DNA from: Azolla caroliniana
Lineage: Eukaryota; Plantae; Polypodiophyta
Assembly (NCBI GenBank): GCA_043228905.1
Contig: JBHGNT010000018.1
Location: forward strand, 17,174,001 to 17,238,000
Direction: 5' to 3'
Length of the DNA: 64,000 bases
The notes under the pieces are model-generated. The model ran no database searches. It was not told where the DNA came from and worked only from the letters and a program-made list of their open reading frames with translations. Position numbers and translations under genes: made by a program. Positions 1 to 13,391 of this stretch are shown piece after piece; position 1 is the stretch's first letter; the number at the start of each line of letters is the position of its first letter.

Positions 1-2021
1 TGCCACAGCTCACCGGCAGTGTCGGATGCCACGTTCACTTCTTCCGGAAATAACCGGGCATTCATCAGGTACAACGTGTTTACCTTCCGGGCCCGAGCCA
101 CAATCAGGCTCCCTTTGCTGAACTTCATGACACCGTTCCGGATGCTACCCGTGTAGCCTTCATCATCTAGCTGACCGGCTGATATCAGGTTCAGACAAAC
201 TTCCGGAACGTGTCAGACATCCTTCAGCAGCAACTTGCATCCGGTTGGTGTTGTCAGCCACACGTCTCCCATGCCGACAATTCGGCATGTTCCTTCATTC
301 CCCATCCGGACACAGCCGTGATCACCGGCTGAATAGGATGAGAAGCATTTCCGGTCCGGGGTAAGGTGGAACGATGCTCCGGAGTCTACCACCCAGGTCA
401 TCTCGTCGCCGGCAAGGTTTATTTCACTCTCCTCGGTGATGAGCATCAACTCTTCTTCACTTGCCGCGATTGCTGTCGTTCCCTTCCGGTCCGGCTCCCT
501 CCGGTCTTTACCATTCCGGTCTTTACCGTTTTGGTCCGGGGTTTGCTTCGAATCAGTACCGTCGGTTTCCTTGTCTTTACGGAAATGCCGACAGTTCTTT
601 TGGAAGTGTCCCGGCTTGCCGCAATAGAAGCAAGTAGGCCTCCCCCTTGACTTTGACCGTGTCCCCGACTTCTCCCGGTTCTGGGGACTACGGTTTCTAT
701 GTCTTCCGCGTTCCGATTCGGTAAGGAGCGCTTTGGAGTCGGAGCTCGTATCTTTGTCTTTCCGACGCGCCTCCTCATCTAGCAAGCTCGACTTTACTCT
801 TGCTAGGGATAACCGTTTTCCTTCCGGCCCGGCGTTGCCCAAAGTGACAACCAACATCTCCCAGCTATCCGGGAGGGAACCGAGCAGGAGTAGCGCTAGT
901 ACCTCGTCGGCAAGAGGTACTTCCAATGACGTTGCCTGGTGGATCAGCCCCTGGAAGGCATTCATGTGCTCTGCCATACTGGAGCCATCTTGGTACCGGA
1001 GTCTTACTAGCTTCCGGAATACTGAAACCTGGTTAACAGCATTTTTGTTTTGGAACATTATGCCGATCTTCTCCTAGAGCTCATGAGCCTTGCTCTCTTC
1101 ATTGAAGTTGTTGTATAGGCTCATGTCGATGAAGCACCGTATGTACGCCGTTGTCTTCATGTGCATCACCTCCCATATCGCAGCGTCGATTTTGTCCGGT
1201 CTCTTGTCCCCGAACTGAACCGGCAGCCAGAGGTCTTTAACAACGAGCATGTCCCTCATCTTCGACTTCCATACTGAATAGTTGGAGCCGGTGAGCTTGA
1301 ACATGCCGCCAAATGATTCGTCCATTTTCTGTGTCGATTTCGCTCTGATACCACTTGACGGGAACCCAACGTTCCTTATGCGCAACGCTCGGCCACAACC
1401 GAGATTCTTTTCATACACAGAAAACGGGAAGTAGAACACGACACAAAGAAGAGAAATGGTACACAGGAGGTTAACGTGGAAAACCCCAAACTAGGGGAAA
1501 AACCACGGCAGCCCATAGGCTGCAAACTGTCACTACGTATGAATGTACAAAACAGTGAGTACACGGAGGCAATGACCTCGGACTCACGATCTTCGCCACA
1601 GGTGGCGGTTACAACAGAGGCAACGACCTCGTCTCTCTCTCTCTCTCTGTGTACAGTTACGCACTCTCTCTTCTTCTTGCACCAACAAGGAAGAATAACA
1701 ACAACATCAGATAGTTTGCCCTAAGTCATATTTATACTAATATGACTTTTCGACTATTTACAAATATAGCCTCGATGGGCTCTCAGAAACATATTTACGA
1801 ATATGTCTCTTCCTCCGGTTCATACCGGGCCTGCACCATCCGGCTCTCCGTAGCCAGGTACTCCTCATCCGGTTCATACCGGGCCTACACCATCCGGCTC
1901 TCCGTAGCCGGGTACTCCTCATCCGGTTCATACCGGGCCTACACCATCCGGCTCTCCGTAGCCGGGTACTCATCCGGTTCATACCGGGCCTGCACCATCC
2001 GGAGGGACCTATTTCCCAACA
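1..2021 (-). mobile_element. Ty1/Copia LTR retrotransposon (Tnt1-like), 5' part: LTR 1356-2021, PBS, gag-protease; runs off the window start
   Basis: LTR TG...CA at 1356-2021. tRNA-iMet PBS (TGGTATCAGAGC on -) at 1342-1353. Gag starts MDESFGG at 1325, with zinc knuckle CFYCGKPGHFQKNC and protease WVVDSGAS. In-frame stops at 1074 and 213. Confidence 0.95.
1815..2002. repeat. 54-bp CCGG-rich tandem repeat inside the Copia LTR (~3.5 copies)
   Basis: Unit ccggttcataccgggcctgcaccatccggctctccgtagccgggtactcctcat starts at 1815, 1869, 1923 and 1974. Confidence 0.95.
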
Positions 2022-2491
2022 GAAACAACTCCCCCTGCATAAGTGATGACATATCTGGAAGTAGACCGGCTGGTATCCGCATTAGCCGACATATCTGAAT
2101 CTGTGAATCTGTCAAGTTCGGGATTACCGGAGCCGAATTGGAGGCATATACTCGAGGTGCCTTTTAGATACCGGAGTATCCACTTGACCGCATTCCAGTG
2201 CTCTTTTTTGAGATTGCTCATGAACCGGCTCACCACTTCGACTGCATATTCAATATCCGGTCGGGTACATACCATCGCGTACATCAAGCTTCCGACAACA
2301 GAGGCATATGGAATCTTCATCATATCCGTCTTCTCCACCTTTGTCCTCGGGCTTTATTTTCCGGATAGCTTGCAGTTTGCCAGAAGTGTCGATCCGACCA
2401 GTTTTGCCTTCGATATATTGAACCGTTGAAGCACCTTTGTCACATACTTCTCCTGTGACAACCACAACAGCTTCTTCGACCGGTCCCGGTG
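2022..2491 (-). mobile_element. Copia RT C-terminal/RNase H fragment (older copy, target of the element at 1-2021)
   Basis: ORF 2009-2338 reads PYASVVGSLMYAMVCTRPDI...KWILRYLKGT...FTDSDM; LWLSQEKYVTKVL lies near 2430-2470. Confidence 0.9.
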
Positions 2492-3184
2492 TGAAAATCA
2501 CCTAAGACATACGAAATAAAGTGTCAATCATATAAAACAATAATAGTGAATATACTAATTCTAAGTAAGTTTAATATCTTAGTACAAAAGACGAAGATCT
2601 TGAAGAGATGTACTTTACTACATAAAAAACAGACATCTAAGTGTCAACTTATGTGGGTAAGAAGTTGCAAAAGAAAGAGAGAAAATTGTGAGATATTCCA
2701 CATAGACAGGACGGATAAGGCTCTCACCATATATAGGGTGGATCAAAAGTTATTATCTTTGTGTCTATGTGTGGAGCATAGAGAGTTCAAGGTAACTTGA
2801 ACTAAAAGTGGAGGTGGCCTAGCCACTCGTAAAGGTTTTGGCCAACCAAAACGGAACTGGACGGTAACTAGCGATCGGCATCCGATGGAACTAGCGAGGG
2901 GGTGGCGGAGCCGGTGATCTGGTGGTATCGGCATCCGACCGGCGGCGAGGCGGCAGCCACCGGTATCCGGCGAACCGACGTCTAGATAAATAAATATATA
3001 AATATATATACATATACAAGGAGGGCAAGTAAGGATTCGAACCTTGCACCTCCAAGTTAGGAGTCAATTGGCTTACCACTAAGCCAAGATATTTAGTTGA
3101 AATTATATTTCTATCATTGTACTTTTACATGTAAATTCTTATGCATGAGAGCTAAAATGAGTGACATGGTTATCATGCACCACA
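2492..3184 (-). mobile_element. Probable LTR remnant of an unrelated retroelement
   Basis: Starts with TG exactly where Copia homology stops. The minus strand has a TATA-like ctatatat and a CT-rich tract. No partner LTR or TSD found. Confidence 0.4.
3021..3089 (-). pseudogene. tRNA-derived sequence (Arg-CCT-like loop), not a foldable tRNA
   Basis: Minus strand shows A-box TGGCTTAGTGG with D-stem GGCTT/AAGCC, loop CTCCTAA and B-box GGTTCGAATCC. Acceptor and anticodon stems do not pair. Confidence 0.6.
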
Positions 3185-6089
3185 TGTAAGACACGAGCGA
3201 TCGGCGTCCCATACCACCGTCGTGGCGTCGAGTCGTACCTGGTGCTGGCGTGCTCGCTACAAGAGTTGACCCACCACAAGAACAGAGTCTCGACAAAGTC
3301 AAAAGATGATGAAATGAGGGTAGATAGGCCTCTTATTTATAGCGATACCCAAGGCCCCTAGGCAAGTTCACACTTGGCCTAATGGGTTGTCTCAATCCCG
3401 AGGATTAAAAGTAATCCTCCCCTTCTTTACACTCTCATTTAACCCTCACACTTATCCACGTGTATAGAATACTACGGTAAATTCTCACCACAGGATATTA
3501 TATGGTCATGCCCGTAACATACTCCCCCTCTTTAAAACATTGCACTCTTGCAATGGAAAGTTAGGGAAGTTAGTTCTGAAAGTATTTTCGCGTTCCCATG
3601 TGGCATCTTTTATTGATTTATCCATCCATTTTATTTTAAATTCTCGCATTTCTTTAGTACGTAATTTTTTTGTTTTAACATCGAGAATTCTTTTTGGTAC
3701 ATGTGGTTTAGAAGATAATTCTTCAGAGGGAGTTTCAGTTGTAACTATATTGTCGCCAAAACCTAGAAGTTCTTTTAGACGACTCACAAGAAAAACTGGA
3801 TGAATTTCAACACCATCGGGAAGAGCAAGACGATAGGCTGATGACCTAATGCATTTGAGGACTATAAAAGGTGCACAAAACCGTGGGGCCAACTTAGCGC
3901 ACTTACCCTTAGACAATGTCTTAGAATTGTGAGGTACATGTAAAAATACCTTCTGTCCAAGGTTGAATACACGAGGTTGCCTATGATGATCGACATAGAA
4001 ACGCGCTCTATCTTGAGTTGTTTTTATATTATCTCGTGCAATATGCAACATATCTTGCATATCTCGAAGAAAGTTTTGCGTACTTCGCAACTCATCATGA
4101 TGTATATTAACATCAATCGGGGCTCGTGGTTGAAAACCATACATCAGCATAAAAGGACTATATCCCATCGATGTATGCTTGGAGCTGTTATAAGCAAACT
4201 CCAAAATTGGGAGATAACGTTCCCATTTTGTTGGTTTTGCACCAACGTATGCTCAAAGCATGTCCTCAATAATTTGATTTACTCGTTCTATCCGTCCATC
4301 GGATTGAGGATGATCCGTGGAGCTCATGCTCAATGTAGTATTCCAGGGTGCCCTGCTGAGGGTGCATCATGGTATTAAAAAAGAATTCTATTTTTGACCT
4401 TAGGAAAATCTGGAACACAAACCTTCCCATTAGGGTAGAGCAGACCGTTAGTAATGTTGAAGTATTCCTTCGAGGATGTGGTGATGTCTGTTCCAGACTC
4501 AACTCTTGCCCAATATTTCAAAAAATAACTGTCATCAGGTTACTTTCCTCGAAGGTGATCATAAAGATCTGATGTTATTTCAGTGAAGCTAAGCATGTTA
4601 ACTTCACGGATGCGACTTAGTGCATTAGCGACAATGTTCATGGAACTTTTACGATATCCTATGGAAAAATCAAAGTCCTGGATGAGATCAGCCCATCGTG
4701 CCTTACGACCTTTCAGGTCTTGTTGGTCACAAAAATATTTCAAGGACTCGTGGTCCGTAGTTACCACAAAGCGATTTCCATAAAGATAATGGCGCCATGT
4801 TTTGAGCGCATGTATAACTAAAAATAATTCCTTTTCTTGAACGGTATACCGACATTGAGTAGAATCAAGTTTCTTACTCTCGAATGCTATTGGTTTACCA
4901 TCTTGATATAGGATAACACCTATAGCATAATCGCTTGCATCGGTTTCAACCTCAAAAGGTTTTGAAGGATCGGGTAAAAGAAGTGAAGGAGCCTTTCACA
5001 CCAGGTCCTTGAGTTCCTTAAAGGTGAGGTCTAGTGTAGCATTCCAGACAATAGGTTTTGTAGACTTACGCGTTTGACCTTTTAGAAGATCAGTAAACGG
5101 CGTTATCAATTGGGAGTAATTACGAAGGGATTTTTGCAAAAACCTGACAAAACTAAGGAATGCTCCAACTTCTCGAATATTCCAAAGAGTGGGCCAAAGC
5201 TTGATTTTCTTGATGCGAGAAGGATCAATTTCAACTCCTCATTCGGTTATGAGATGTCCAAGATAAGTAATTGATTTCTTGAAGAACTCACATTTTGAGA
5301 TCTTCGCATAAAACTGTTTCTTACGCAATGTTTGTAAAACAAAGTAGACATGTTTAACATGTTCTTGTAATGTACGACTATAAACTAAAATATCATCCAA
5401 GAAAATAACGACAAAGTTTCCAAGTTGTTCTCGGAAAATGTCATTCATTTCTTGTTGAAATGTAGCCGAAAGCATTGGTCAAACCAAAAGGCATAACCAA
5501 AAACTCATAATGGCCATAGCGTGTACGAAATGCCGTTTTAGGATCATCGTCCTCACTTATACATATTTGATGGTAGCTAGTACGGAGATCAAGTTTCGTA
5601 AATTACCGAGCTCCTTGGAGACGGTCAATTAGATCATCAGCCCGGTGTCGTGAAGAAAATCGACCATAGGTGGAATCGGAGAAAAAGGGGCATGAACCGG
5701 CTCTTACATGGGTGGACGCGAGAATTGATATTTTGTACATAATTCATAATTAGGTCGGTTGATGTAAATACTAGGTAGTACACATCTATTAGGGAATTTG
5801 TGCGTATCTCTATCGAAAGGGACAGGGAATAAAGCGATTGGACTAAGGAAGAAGGGTCTCCCTTTGGCGAACTATTTAAGGAGAGAGAGAAGGAAGAAAA
5901 GGGATCGCGCATTGGTGAGGACGAAGTGCTGCTGTAGAACCGAGGGTCGAGCTCTCTCTCCTCCGATCGTCGTTCTCTGCGGGTGTTGGGAGTTCGTTGC
6001 CTCTGCTTCGTGGACAGCCCGTGTGCTTCCAGTAAGGCTCTCGACAGGGAAAAGGTGGGTCCCCTATTGGAGACGGACAAAGGCCTCAT

Positions 6090-6871
6090 TGTTGGGAGAC
6101 ATGTCCCTCCGGATGGGAAGGGAGAAACGGTAGGAGGAGTACCCGGCTACGGAGAGCCGGATGATACAGGCCCAGTGTAAACCGGATGAGTACCCGGCTA
6201 CAGAGAGCCGGATGATACAAGCCCAGTGTGAACCGGATGAGTAGTACCCGACTACGGAGAGCCGGATGGTGCAGGCCCGGTGTGAACCGGATGAGTAGTA
6301 CCCGGCTACGGAGAGCCGGATGGTGCAGGCCCGGAGTGAACCGGATGAGGAGTACCCAGCTACGGAGAGCCGGATGGTGCAGACCCGGTATGAACCGGAG
6401 GAAGAGACATATTCGTAAATATGTTTCTGAGAGGCCATCGTGGCTATACTTGTAAATAGCCGAAAAGTTATATTAGTATAAATATGACTTAGGGCAAACT
6501 AATATGGTTGTTTTTTTTTTTCTTGTTGGTGCAAGAAGAAGAGAGTGCATGTAATAGTGTACAGAGAGAGAGAGAGAGAATGAGGTCGTTACCTTTGTTG
6601 TAACCGCCGCCTGTGGCGAAGAGCGTGAGTCCGAGGTCGTTGCCTCCAAGAACTCACTGTTTTTTTTTGTACATTCATACATAGTGACAGTTTGCAGCCT
6701 GTGGGCTGCCGTGGTTTTTCCCCTAGTTTGGGGTTTTCCACGTAAACCTCCTGTGTAGTCTGTGTGTATCTTCCTCTCCTTTTGTATCGTGTTCTATTTC
6801 CCGTCTTCTGTGTAGAAAAGTATCTCGGTTGTGGCCGAGCGTTGCGCATAAGGAGCTAGGAGTTCCCGTCA
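6090..6871 (+). mobile_element. Copia solo LTR (same family as 1356-2021) with ~5 copies of the 54-bp repeat
   Basis: TG...CA termini; reverse complement of the 1356-2021 LTR; perfect 5-bp TSD CTCAT at 6085-6089 and 6872-6876. Confidence 0.95.
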
Positions 6872-9800
6872 CTCATGACAGACTGGGCCATGGTAAAACG
6901 GGTCTGCAGCCGTTTCGACAGACGGTGCGAGTGGAGCGACGAAAGCTCGTCGGAGTCAGGACCGGTCCCGGCAAGGAGGCTCGAGGAGCCGGTATCGGTG
7001 CCAGCCGGTAGGAAGGAAGAGACCCGAATTTGGCTGGAGTCAGGGTCAGCATCGAACAACGTGGTCAAAGGCCCATCCGGAGGAGCTGACATAGATGGTG
7101 CGCAACCTGCAGATCGCACAGGCCCGGAGAGACAACGGCGAACAACCTCGCGACCGTAGGCCGCCGGCTGGGCAGCGGTGCATGTGGTGTGACGCGATCG
7201 GTCACATTCGAAAGGATTGCGCGGATTTCGCCGACGCACTCAGGACCAACGTGGTGTACTCTGGAACGGGCGGGTGCACGCGAGCGAGACCCGGAGAGCC
7301 CTAGAACTAAATACGAGGCGTGGCGGAATGAAGAGGTTGATGGACGAGGCCGCGGCACGGCATGTAGAAGCCGTTAACTACTCAGCGACGACGGGAATTC
7401 AGGTCGGGGGTGATGAGACCCGGAAGGCGAAGGACTCTGGATTCTGGCCGCTAGTGCTAGAAGGCCTCTCCGGAGTTCGGCTAAAGAAGGAAGAGGCAGA
7501 CCGCGTGGAACAACGGGTCCAGGAGGTCACTGGATGGGACGATCCGGTCGAAGAGAAAACGGGCTTCGTAGAAGCCGCTTGCCAGAACTACGAGGTTCTA
7601 GTGGAAGACAAATGGGCAGGAAAGGCCGGAGGGGTCGGTCCCCTGTAGAGGTACGAGAACCGGTTCAGACCGAAACCGACCAGTGCCGGCAACCCAGGCG
7701 CGCCGGATGGGAAGAAGCAAGCAGGGTTTCGGTTGAGCACCGAAATCGAGAGAGCAACAGACCTATGGAAGGTCCTTGAATAGCGGATCCTCGACAGGAA
7801 AGTGGAGTTGTCGTTGTAGGAGGTGCTGGGAATCGCCAAGAGGGATTTCCATGACTCCATCGTAGACTTGGTGAAGCGGAAGAGGCTCTCAACGGAGCCG
7901 GAACCGGAGAAGCTGGTGGAGGTGCGGACTACGCACTTAGAAGACACGGCCCGAGAAGACGAGTTGGCGGAAAGCTATCAAGGCGTGGGGCCGCGGTAGT
8001 CTGGACGTACCGGAAGAACCCCACACATGTATGGTAGGTAGGAAGTTTTGGTTCTCCGAAAACGGAGGTTGTACTATAGCCGGCGTCAGCGGCCGGGAGA
8101 GGAAGTGAGCAAAGGAGCGGCTCAGGGGATGTGGAGTCCTCTCCCCCAACGAAGAAATCAGCGGCGCCGTGGAGGCGGTCTCTTTTGACAACACCTTGGG
8201 CGAGTAGCGAAAGGTGATCGGTGAAGACCTTAGAGAAGACTGGACCGTTCCGGTTAGTTCGATGGGAATGTATGAAGTCATCGCGGACTTTAGGGAAAGA
8301 ATCGGGTCGGATCGGACGGCCCACGTGGATACAAAGTACAAGACTGTGGACCGGAAGGTGAAGCCAGTCGCGACACCCTTACCAGAGGGAAACGAGGAGC
8401 GGATAAAAGGGGTCGCGTCAGACCCAAGTTTACGGAATCCGGCTGGCATAGGGCACCGGTTCACCGACATAACGCTACGGGAGCTCAAGGTCGGTGGGGG
8501 TGGCTTTCTACTACCGGCGGAGGAGGACAGGTTTCGGAGAATGCTCGGCCCGGGGGCTCCACTATATATAAAGAGGTTATATCACAAGTGTTCACGACAT
8601 CTTTTATAAACCCCTTATACGTATGTTTTTTGCTATTTTAGATACCCTTCTATAAAAAATTGGTTAATAAAAATACCCCTTAGTGTCAATATATACTTTG
8701 AAAACAACTCATTTTAAATGCCCTTACATAGAAAACACATGTATGTTTTATACATGTGTGTATATATAAACATATTGTGTAGTATTGCATGTGCTCATAT
8801 GTATGTATTGTATTACATGTATGTATTATATTGTATTCCATGTTTATTTACTTATGTATTGTATTGTATGTGTTGTATATCTTAGATGTATGGCATCTGT
8901 GTATGTATCTATGTGTTATGCATATGCAACATCTAAAGTTAATGGATGTAGTTTGTTCCTACTCTGACTTATCCCATTATGGGTAGGGAATTACTCTTTT
9001 AGAATCGAGTCTTGACATTGCCTAACGATTTATTGTATAATACAAGTGCTTTAAAGATAATTAAATCAAGATAGATAATGCAAAAACCTAACGTATATAA
9101 TTGACAATAGATTTCCTCATACTTAGTATATACTCATGGTGAACCTCCCCATAAACTTATTGCAAGGTATGATTAATTGTCTCTTTTGACAACCTTTCAA
9201 TTACATGCTTACCAACATGATGAAGGGCAAATAGGTGCTATAAAGTTTTCATCTATCCTTGCAGCAATATAGGATTGATATTTCAAAATGTGTTCTACAT
9301 CTTCCGACATTGGATGAACCCAATTGTGGTACCAAAACAAAGTTAATATGAAGACTCTGAGGACTCTGAGCAATATGTGGAACATAATCTTCTTTGTGGC
9401 AAAGTCTGTTTTAGATCTTCAGATATATTTGATGAGCCCAATGGTTGATTCCAACAATAACTCATCTAAAGAGTCTAAGAATTTTGAACATGTGGAAAAA
9501 ACTTTTTCACACATTTGTTTTGGAGACATTTTGCTTCTATGCTTGAAGCTGCTCACTCGTTGTTGATGATGTCATATATACTTTCTCTAGTAGTAATATG
9601 TGAACTTTAGGATTGTAACATTCCTTCTGTATATCATTGTTCATAATCAAACAAAGCAAACATTTGGACAAATCAACAATCCCTTTTTTCTTTTAAAAAA
9701 TAACTGCTAACAAATCAGGCTCTTCTTTACTTAAAAATGGCAACTTGTAAGGGCACATCAAGTCATTAGGCTTCACATCTGAGTGTCTCCACAATAACTT

Positions 9801-11781
9801 ATGTATGGTTTGATCTGGCATCTCAAACCTTAGTATCGATGCCACTACTTTTCTGGTTTTGGGCATCGATACATTCAGTTTTCCAAGATCCATTGATGGA
9901 GGACTGCAAGATAGAAGATTGGAGTTATCCATGTTATTGTATACACATACTTGTGAAATTTTAAATATGCAAAAAAATTCTTACTAAAGCAATTAAAATA
10001 GCCTAACAATACTTGTTATAAATGGCAATGTGGTTTGATGGAGTATGACAAATGCCATGTTTTGCATGTCTAATGGGATCGCTCTTGTCAACAAAGATTT
10101 TGTGCTTAGGATTGGAGACATATCCACACTTTGGAAACCCATCTATAAAATCCAATAAGGGGAACCTTTGTCAACAGTAGAGTGATTCCTTTAAGATTAC
10201 AACCTTATCATTAAAGTGAAAGATAATTATGCTTACAAACTGAAATTCAAACCTAGGCATCATTTCACATCCATATATCCAACAAAGAAAAGAGTTTCAA
10301 ACTAAGAATGATGGAGAATTCCAGAAAATCGAGCCAGTTATCTTCAGATGCAAATTTCGTACAAAAAAATGTTTTACCATCTTTCTTTGCTTTACAGCTT
10401 CCTCTAGCTCTTGAAAGTATTATGTAGATAGCTCCTCAGCCTGATATCATTTAGAACAAATGCATACTTACAATTCCATCAATTGATTTATTCAAGTTAA
10501 TATTCCAATAAAATGTTATTTTGTTGTTGAAAACTCATTCAAATTAGATCTTGAGTGTAGGAATTATTACTAGTCTTTTCATGGCTGTGGATTTCATGTT
10601 AGTGACTACTTCAATTTCAGCCTCCTTCCATCAGGAGACTCCCCTCGAGGAGGCACTTATTTTCTCGTTGAACATGCCCTCTTCCCTGAAAAAAGAGATT
10701 ATCATTACAAATGCTTTCTTTGTTTGTAGCTATAACAATGGAATTCTAGTTGTTAGCATACATCATCTCTGCATTTTTTTAATTGAAGGAAAATTATTTC
10801 ACTACGTTAATTATTTCAAAAATCAAGGGAATTGTACAAGAAGAATGTGAGTTGTGTGGTTATATAGCAAACATAGACTAACATGGAAAAAAAACATGAG
10901 GGAATGTTGCAAATACATGTGTGAATGGATTCATACGTGCATACAAACACACATATACAAACACATACACACATGCACACATACAAACATGGTTAAAAAC
11001 TTGGTCATACCAGATCCCTCCTTCGTCGTCGGGCTCCAATTGTGCCTCTTTCTCCATAATGGGAGAGAGAACCCTAAAAATGGTTCGACAAAAACCCTAG
11101 AATGCACCTCTCTCTCTATCTCTCTAATACAAATTATGTTAAACATAACTAGAGATTAATGGGTCCACCTTGATCTGGTCAATTATGATCACATCATTGT
11201 ATGGTATTGACTTACTACGTTCTAATCTAAAAATATCATATAGTAACATGTCTTTCAATATTAAGTTTACACAATGTCCATCAATCTCACAAACCATATA
11301 GATCATTGAACATACATCATGTTGAAAAAATTTCTCAACCCTGAGATAAACACTTCTTTCAAAAAGCAATAGTGAATATTCTGTAATTAGAGTAACATTA
11401 AGTAGCATTTAGAACTGATTGGACATCCATTAAGCTTCAACATTAAGTCCACGCTCACTACGTTACCTTTGTTGATAATCTCTGCTATGCGACATTGCAA
11501 AGAAGCTAAGCAATGTCAGAGTCGTCAAAGTCATCGTCGATGGAGTCGAGAGTTAGGGATGGAGTCAGAGAAGAAGTTGGTGGCGTCGTCATTGTCGAGG
11601 TCGAGCTCCCTAGCCGTAGTAGATGTCTAGCAAAATACCATTAAACTTTCACATACAATCTTTCTATCTTCTTCAAAACCACTCAACTACAAAAAAAATT
11701 TAACAATAATATTCCCTTAATGTCCATTACATTTACTTTTATTAGACTTGGACAGGTACCATCTCTCTAACCATCTTCCAC

Positions 11782-12153
11782 TCAGTCTTTTAAGTCATAC
11801 TTCCTCTTGGGGAAATGTGTTTCCTTCTTCTTTTGCTTCTTAGTCTTCATGTTTGCCTGATGCTTGGTTAGTTACCTTCGAGTGGCCCTTGCCCTCTTGC
11901 AACGCAAGTCTAGAGGCAACAACTTAGACTTCTTGTAGGCCGCTCTAAGAGCAAGTTTCTGGTTCTGAGAGAGAATTGTCAATACCTGAGCTATAGAGAG
12001 CCTGAAAACCTTAATTTTTGACAGCTTGTTTGGAGCACCACCAGTAACTTTGGCCACTTTGAGAAGAGCTAACTCAGCCTTCAGTTCTTTCAACTGGTTC
12101 TGAAGCTCAGGCTTGCTATTAGATCGCAACTCATGAACCTTGATCTTAACCAT
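11782..12153 (-). pseudogene. RPL35: 60S ribosomal protein L35 (uL29) processed pseudogene
   Basis: [10 protein letters not shown]...[14 protein letters not shown]...LPLDLR continues after a premature TAA (11872-11874) as LTKHQANMKTKKQ...FPKRKYDLKD*. 123 codons, intronless. Confidence 0.92.
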
Positions 12154-12269
12154 GGCTGCTGCGAAGCAAAGATGTGTGTCTTCTTCTTCCTCTTCGCGAG
12201 AGAGACACTATGACTCTCTCTGCCCCCCCCCCCCCCTTTCTTCCCCCATTTTTTTTAACAATTAGCGTC

Positions 12270-13338
12270 GATTGTATCATGTATGCATTATATGTATGTA
12301 TTGTATGTGTTTTGTGTGTGTATATATATCTGTACATATTGTATGTATGCCATGTGTGTATATATGTGCATATTCTATTGTATGTATTGTATGTATGTCA
12401 TGTGAGTATGTAAGGTATGTGTTTTGTGTTTGTGTGTATGTTCTATGTATAAATAGATGGATGTAAGTTTGTAACATTTATACATGTATCATGGAAGGCA
12501 TGTGTATGTATATACGTGTAACAATGTACATATGTATATATATGTATGCACATGTATTTTTCTACGCATTTATTTATTTTTTCCTGGAAAATATCCTTTC
12601 ATTAGTTAAAAACAATTATTACAATAAAGTTGACCTATCGTCAAGCTACCATTGATATGCTGCATTCTTCCTCAGGTCCCATCCCTCAAGGATAAATAGT
12701 ATGAACACTCCACCACTCCTTAACCAAGTTATGTGATTGGTGGTGGGAACAACCATACTGGTGGTACCAAGCACCATTTGGGTCTTGAATTTTGTAATGT
12801 GAGAAAAGGTCCATTCTTCCAATAGGCAATAAATTCAAGGTGTTGCAACACTGCAACATCTGTCTCACCTTTAATATCCTCATACCGCCCTTTCAAGGTA
12901 TGCACCATCTCCATCCAGACATTCCGTACACTTTCCACTGGATGAACAATAGTATTACCAATTTAACACCTTAGAACACCTAGCAGTCCAAATAAACCAC
13001 ATTGTCTACGCATTTTTTCAGTGAATGATGTATGTGTGTAAAATTTATAAGTGTATCATTGTAGGCTTATGTGTGTATATACGTGTAGCAATGTATGAAT
13101 GAATATATGTATGCCCATATATGAATGTACATGTGTGTATGCATATGTAATGTCTGTATGTGTGTGTGTGTGTATGCATATGTCAATGTACATGATTCAA
13201 TGTGTAGGATGTGTGATTGTAACATGTGCATAATATCTATGTATATATCTAATGTGTGTATGTATATGTAGCAATGTATAAATGAATATATGTATGTCCA
13301 TGTATTAATGAACATATGTGCATGCACATATGCATATG

Positions 13339-13391
<53 letters not shown>

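Noticed and set aside
1742-2098. Repetitive ORFs in LTRs (also 6064-6455 and 59014-59265)
   Set aside because: Artefacts of the 54-bp (multiple of 3) LTR repeat.
3021-3089. Functional tRNA-Arg gene
   Set aside because: Acceptor and anticodon stems do not pair; reported only as tRNA-derived.
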